Shown here in pieces: positions 59,542 through 64,000 of a stretch of DNA of 64,000 nucleotides. Both the position numbers and the translations under genes were made by a program. Source of the DNA: Candidatus Saccharimonadales bacterium (lineage in GTDB: Bacteria; Patescibacteriota; Saccharimonadia; Saccharimonadales; UBA4665); the NCBI GenBank assembly GCA_041912375.1, contig JAYRNA010000002.1, positions 2,226 through 66,225 on the forward strand, read 5' to 3'. A model generated the notes under the pieces. That model searched no databases. It was not told the DNA's origin and worked only from the letters and a program-made list of their open reading frames with translations. Every line of letters starts with the position of its first letter. Within the stretch, counting starts at the first letter, position 1.

Positions 59542-61083
59542 TTAGGCAATGTCGTGCATAACTGTAATATTGGCGCCTAGCTTATTGAGTCGCTCTGCCA
59601 AATCTTCGTAACCGCGATTTATGGTATAGACATTTCGAAGAATCGAAGTCCCCTGTGCCGCTAGCATCCCAATTAACAGCATTACTGCCGGACGAATGCC
59701 GCTAGGACAAACTAAATCGGCTGCTTTGAAGCGAGTAGGGCCTTGGATAAAGACCCGATGAGGGTCAGCCAGTTCGAGATTGACGCCTATTTTCTTCATT
59801 TCGGTGTACATCAGAGCTCGATCTTCGTATATCCAGTCATGGATGAGGGTTCGCCCTCTAGCCACGGCGGCGATTGGTACGAAGTAGGGCAGGTGATCGA
59901 TGTTAAGACCCGGGAATACGTTGGGATGGATTTTGTCTTTTGGTGCGTACAGATTTCCATTATGCTTAAAAACTTTTATATCAACCAGATCGGTTCGGCC
60001 ATTTTCGGCTTTATAGACAGGGCTCTGTTTGTAGATCAGACCCATTTTTTCTAGCTTCAATAGCTCCAGCTCCATAAACTCGATCGGTACACGCTGAATA
60101 GTAATCGAAGAATTAGTAGTAATCGCAGCCGCCAGAAAGGTCATGGCTTCCACAGGATCTTCGCTCGGTGAGTAGGAAATGTTTTTTCGAATCGAACTAA
60201 CTCCGTGTACCCGCAAGGTGCTAGTACCGATACCTTCGATCCGAACACCTAACCTCTGCAGGAAGAAACACAACTCTTGAACCATATAATTGGCGCTGGC
60301 CATTTTTATCACAGTTTCGGATGGGATACGAGCCGCTGCCATGAGCAGATTTTCGGTTGTTGTGTCGCCTGATTCATAAAGCACCACTGAACGATTTGCT
60401 GGACGAGGCTTAGATGTCACTAAGTAGTGACCTGACTTAGTCGCGACATCAACGCCCAATTCCTCCAGGGCATAGAGGTGCGGCAGCACTGTTCGCCGAC
60501 CCAGTTCACAACCCCCGGCATAGGGGATACTGAAACTGTCGGAAACATGCATCAACGGACCGATGAACATGATGACGCTACGAGTTTTTCGGGCAGCGAC
60601 CTTGTCTATATTGACTAGATCAAACTTGGCGGGAGGTTTTATCTCGATATCATTGTTTTTGAGCCAACGCACATGAATCCCGAGGCTTGTTAAAACTTCA
60701 ATCAGTCGATTAACTTCCTCGATTCGAGCGATGTTTTTTAGGCGCGTGGTACCACTATTTAACAAGCTAGCGCAGAGAATTGCGACAGTGGCGTTTTTGC
60801 TGGTTTTGACAGCTATCGAACCTTTCAATTCTCGGCCGCCTTCAACGTGCAGATTAATTGCGCCTGAGTTGAGGCTGATAAGTTGCTTATTGAGAACATC
60901 GCTGATGCGCGCAAGAGTTTCGAGGCTTAGGTTTTGGCGGCCATGCTCCATGCGATTAACTGCCGACTGCGAAGTGTTCAAACGACGAGCGAAGGCTGCT
61001 TGGGTCAGGCCCTTTTCTTGCCTTATTTGAGAGATAAGTTGGCCGATCTTTTGATTGGTTGTCGACATAGGCCGTGAGATCAT
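59542..61083 (-). CDS. murA: XRE-family HTH domain fused to UDP-N-acetylglucosamine 1-carboxyvinyltransferase (MurA)
   Basis: Residues ~8-70 read as HTH_3-like (GLTQAAFARRLNTSQSAVNRMEHGRQNLSLETL). The rest is collinear with MurA: KTSKNAT, YAGGCELGRRTV (Cys loop) and INRGYEDLAERLNKLGANI. An alternative ATG lies at 61068. Confidence 0.88.
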   Translation of the reverse strand: MISRPMSTTNQKIGQLISQIRQEKGLTQAAFARRLNTSQSAVNRMEHGRQNLSLETLARISDVLNKQLISLNSGAINLHVEGGRELKGSIAVKTSKNATVAILCASLLNSGTTRLKNIARIEEVNRLIEVLTSLGIHVRWLKNNDIEIKPPAKFDLVNIDKVAARKTRSVIMFIGPLMHVSDSFSIPYAGGCELGRRTVLPHLYALEELGVDVATKSGHYLVTSKPRPANRSVVLYESGDTTTENLLMAAARIPSETVIKMASANYMVQELCFFLQRLGVRIEGIGTSTLRVHGVSSIRKNISYSPSEDPVEAMTFLAAAITTNSSITIQRVPIEFMELELLKLEKMGLIYKQSPVYKAENGRTDLVDIKVFKHNGNLYAPKDKIHPNVFPGLNIDHLPYFVPIAAVARGRTLIHDWIYEDRALMYTEMKKIGVNLELADPHRVFIQGPTRFKAADLVCPSGIRPAVMLLIGMLAAQGTSILRNVYTINRGYEDLAERLNKLGANITVMHDIA

Positions 61084-61097
61084 ATCACATGTGATAT
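61082..61097. promoter_or_regulatory. Perfect 16-bp palindrome ATATCACATGTGATAT at the 5' end of the HTH-murA gene
   Basis: Read directly from the sequence. It overlaps the annotated ATG (61081..61083) and lies in the 150-nt region shared with divergent glyA. Confidence 0.5.
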
Positions 61098-61233
61098 CGT
61101 AAGCGCAATCAAAATATTTGTCGCTTTTCGTTAAAACACTTAGCAGCTTGATAGGCTATACTATATTTAAGAGGTAGTGATCTTCCCGTGGCAATTTTTT
61201 ATACGCAGCGATAGACCACTATGAAAAACAGCC

Positions 61234-62514
61234 ATGAATGACATAGCAGTAGCCGACCTTATCTCAGCCGAGGAACGACGACAACGCGAGGGTTTAGAGC
61301 TTATCCCTTCGGAGAATTACGTCAGTCGAGATGTTCTCGAGGCTATGGGCAGTGTTTTGACCAATAAGTATTCGGAAGGCTATCCTGGCAAGCGCTACTA
61401 TGGTGGGCAGGAAAACACCGACAAGATTGAACAGTTGGCCATTGACCGAGCCAAACTGCTTTTTAGAGCCGACCATGCCAACGTTCAACCACACAGTGGT
61501 GCCCCAGCCAATGAAGCAGTCTATAGCGCTTGGCTGGAGCCCGGAGACACGGTTTTGGCTATGGATCTCAGCCACGGCGGGCATTTAACTCACGGTGCCC
61601 CTGTGACCAGATCTGCCAAGCTCTACAATTTTATACGTTACAAGATGAAAGACCCTGCCACCGGCGAGATCGATTACCAACAGTTGCGGCGATTGGCACA
61701 TCAACACCGACCAAAAATAATTCTGGCCGGCTTTAGTGCTTACCCAAGAGAGCTTGATTACGCCAAATTTGGCGAGATTGGAGATGAAACCGGAGCCTTA
61801 CTGATGGCCGATATGGCACATATCGCCGGTCTTATCGCCGGAGGTGTGGCCCAGAACCCTTTTGACTTCGGCTTTCATGTCATAACCACGACCACTCATA
61901 AGACACTTAGGGGACCTAGAGGCGGCTTGATATTGACTAAGGGCAAAGTGTCAAATCCATTGAAAGCGCCGGAAAAGAACTTGCTAAATATTCCAACACT
62001 AATTGACCGAGCAATATTTCCTGGCATGCAGGGTGGGCCTCACGAGCACATTATTGCCGCCAAGGCCGTGGCCTTTGGCGAAGCCTTGCAACCGGAGTTC
62101 AAAACCTACACTGCTCAAGTAGTCAAAAATGCCGCCGCGCTGGCCGAGGCACTTCAAGTGCGAGGATTTTCTTTGGTTACCGGGGGAACCAGTAACCACC
62201 TGATACTAGCTGATGTTCATAAAAGCTTTGGCATAGATGGTGCTGTGGCCGAGGCAGCTCTCGATACTGTCGGCCTGACACTCAACAAAAACGCCATCGC
62301 CGATGATTCTTTGCCTCCATTTCGACCAAGTGGAATTCGTCTCGGCACCCCAGCAATAACCACTCGCGGATTTAGCGAAAAAGATATGGTTAACATCGCT
62401 GAATGGATGCTGCAGGCTATTCAAAACAGAGAAAATCAAAAAGAACTTAACGTGTTAAGAGATGAAGTGAAGCAAGTTGCTTTGAAACACCCGTTGCCGA
62501 GCGACGTACGATAG
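61234..62514 (+). CDS. glyA: Serine hydroxymethyltransferase
   Basis: LELIPSENY and the PLP site [14 protein letters not shown] are present, with full-length collinearity. Confidence 0.97.
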   Translation: MNDIAVADLISAEERRQREGLELIPSENYVSRDVLEAMGSVLTNKYSEGYPGKRYYGGQENTDKIEQLAIDRAKLLFRADHANVQPHSGAPANEAVYSAWLEPGDTVLAMDLSHGGHLTHGAPVTRSAKLYNFIRYKMKDPATGEIDYQQLRRLAHQHRPKIILAGFSAYPRELDYAKFGEIGDETGALLMADMAHIAGLIAGGVAQNPFDFGFHVITTTTHKTLRGPRGGLILTKGKVSNPLKAPEKNLLNIPTLIDRAIFPGMQGGPHEHIIAAKAVAFGEALQPEFKTYTAQVVKNAAALAEALQVRGFSLVTGGTSNHLILADVHKSFGIDGAVAEAALDTVGLTLNKNAIADDSLPPFRPSGIRLGTPAITTRGFSEKDMVNIAEWMLQAIQNRENQKELNVLRDEVKQVALKHPLPSDVR

Positions 62515-62530
62515 GTGCTCTTTATAAGAT

Positions 62531-63184
62531 TTATCGACCGTTGGTACCCTGGTTAAACAATTTGAGGGTGGCATAGGAAAGTAAATTACCGATTGTGACA
62601 GCCAGAGATAATTTGGCTAGGTCGTCAGAGTTTGAAGACAGGCGATCATGTACTCGATAGGCTGTAGCTTTTGGCGATCTTTTTGCCCCCTTAAAGAGTA
62701 AGCCTATATCTTCGTTTAGAGGTTCAGCGTAGCTTTTAACGACTTTGTCAACAATTTCATCAGCACTAAGTATTTCGAGATCTGAGCACATTGCTTCGGC
62801 TATTAGGTGCAAGGATAATTTTTGGTACGAGAATTTCTTGTCTGGTTCGAGCTTTTGAAAATTATAACCCCGTATCGTGCTGCTGTTGACAAACACACCT
62901 GACATTATGTTTGCCTTTTCGAATGGCTCCATTTCGTCGTCGTGGACAACTGTTTCTATTAAACCCTGAAAAGCTTCAAAAAATGTTTCGCCCTTTTCGG
63001 CAAGATTGTCAAGAGTCGGTTCCATGGGACGGTGAAACCAGACAGCAGTTGACACAATAAAGTCCTTTTGAGCTGATTCAAATGACTCTAAACTGGCACC
63101 TAAAGGAGTATTTTCAGCATTTGGTAAAGGAAAGCCAGTCGCCTCCGCACTCATATTTGCATAATATGCCGCTAAACTTAACAA
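62531..63184 (-). CDS. Hypothetical protein (217 aa), no recognisable family
   Basis: Intact ORF with acidic, helical-looking composition. Local GC appears slightly lower than in neighbouring genes. The start could be the ATG at 63154. Confidence 0.5.
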   Translation of the reverse strand: MLSLAAYYANMSAEATGFPLPNAENTPLGASLESFESAQKDFIVSTAVWFHRPMEPTLDNLAEKGETFFEAFQGLIETVVHDDEMEPFEKANIMSGVFVNSSTIRGYNFQKLEPDKKFSYQKLSLHLIAEAMCSDLEILSADEIVDKVVKSYAEPLNEDIGLLFKGAKRSPKATAYRVHDRLSSNSDDLAKLSLAVTIGNLLSYATLKLFNQGTNGR

Positions 63185-63216
63185 GTCAACTGATTGCGTA
63201 GTAAAATTTCAAGAAA

Positions 63217-64000
63217 TTACGGCAACAATTCTGGCTCCTGAGTCAGCGTGACGCCAAATGTTTTCGCGACGGCAGCGGTTATTTGTTGTTTGAAGGCCAG
63301 TAGATCGGCTGTTTTGTGAGCTTTTTCGTTGACCAAGACTAGTGGTTGAGCTGGCCAGGTTCCCATGCCGGTGACGGGGTCGTGTTTGGCTTTGAAGCCG
63401 ACCTTTTCGATCAGCCAGGCTGCGGGTAGCTTGGCGCTGCCATCCGGCAGTGTCCAGCTGGGGATGTCAGGGAAACCAGCCCGGACGCGCACCAGCTCGT
63501 CAGATGAAATAATTGGATTGGCAAAAAACGAACCGCAGTTCTTGACTATGGCTGGGTCTGGCAGGCGTCGAGTACGAATCGCCATAACCGCTTGACGTAG
63601 TTGCAACGGCGTAGCAGATGTAATAGCGTTTTCATCAAAGTAAGTTTGAACGCTGCCATAAAACGGCGGCAGCGGGTTGGCTTTGCGCAAGTGCATGGTG
63701 ATGGCTGTGATATAGAAACGTCCCTGATCGACGGTTTTGAAGCGGCTGGTGCGATAGCCAAAGGCGCAATCAGCAGCCGCCAAGGTGACGAAGTCTTTAG
63801 CCTTGGCATCAAATGCTTCAATTGTGACGAGCGTTTGAGAAATGTCTTGGCCATAAGCACCGACGTTCTGGACTGGTGTTGCCCCGGTCGTACCGGGGAT
63901 CATGCTGAGTGCTTCGATGCCTGTCAAACCGGCCTGCGCTGTCCTGGCGACGACTGTGTCCCAATTTTCGCCGCTCCCGGCTGTGATATAAATATTGGTC
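63217..64000 (-). CDS. murB: UDP-N-acetylenolpyruvoylglucosamine reductase MurB, C-terminal part (5' end beyond the window)
   Basis: The frame stays open upstream of the track start: ...TNIYITAGSGENWDTVVARTAQAGLTGIEALSMIPGTTGATPVQNVGAYGQD. The C-terminal domain reads SAAWLIEKVGFKA. Confidence 0.88.
   Translation of the reverse strand, partial: TNIYITAGSGENWDTVVARTAQAGLTGIEALSMIPGTTGATPVQNVGAYGQDISQTLVTIEAFDAKAKDFVTLAAADCAFGYRTSRFKTVDQGRFYITAITMHLRKANPLPPFYGSVQTYFDENAITSATPLQLRQAVMAIRTRRLPDPAIVKNCGSFFANPIISSDELVRVRAGFPDIPSWTLPDGSAKLPAAWLIEKVGFKAKHDPVTGMGTWPAQPLVLVNEKAHKTADLLAFKQQITAAVAKTFGVTLTQEPELLP

Noticed and set aside
1-64000. CRISPR arrays, IS elements, integrases, prophage genes, toxin-antitoxin pairs and rRNA operons.
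   Set aside because: No spacer-repeat periodicity, transposase or integrase motifs, or rRNA-like sequence was seen on either strand. The tRNA-adjacent patches lack recombinase genes.
1-64000. Alternative genetic code (UGA as a sense codon, as in some candidate phyla).
   Set aside because: Long conserved genes (dnaK, ftsH, recA, lepA, glyA) are uninterrupted and end at the expected positions under the standard code, including at TGA stops such as tsaB.

Overview
This 64-kb window looks like a gene-dense chromosomal segment from a small-genome, Gram-positive-like bacterium. Gene content suggests Patescibacteria/CPR, possibly Saccharibacteria, but that is inference, not a database result. The standard genetic code fits, and there is no sign of UGA recoding.

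Most of the window is housekeeping:
- tilS, ftsH, murJ, lepA and gmk.
- An hrcA-grpE-dnaK-dnaJ operon with two CIRCE operators.
- yebC-ruvCAB, recA-recX, tsaE-tsaB, rny-ymdB, glyA, murA and a partial murB.

Accessory content:
- A type IV pilus operon (pilB-pilC-pilin-pilM-pilN-pilO-like) plus a separate minor-pilin cluster.
- A ComEC that lacks the nuclease domain, and a lamin-tail-domain surface protein.
- A 1716-aa multidomain surface protein.
- A RimK / ATP-grasp / COG4067-protease module divergent from a GGDEF gene.
- Membrane proteases of the MarP-like and PrsW types.

Six tRNAs, all with encoded CCA, and one decayed tRNA-like remnant are present. I found no rRNA, CRISPR array, transposase or integrase.

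The most unusual signals:
- An XRE-HTH::MurA fusion with a perfect 16-bp palindrome on its own 5' end.
- An intact P-type ATPase whose catalytic signatures are all mutated (DKTGT to NKTGL).
- A 16-nt element (TATAATCACCTCTGTT) repeated upstream of the tRNA genes.
- Recurrent leaderless-type promoters.
- Unknown small ORFs inserted in the heat-shock operon.

All family calls come from motif reading by eye; no search was run.
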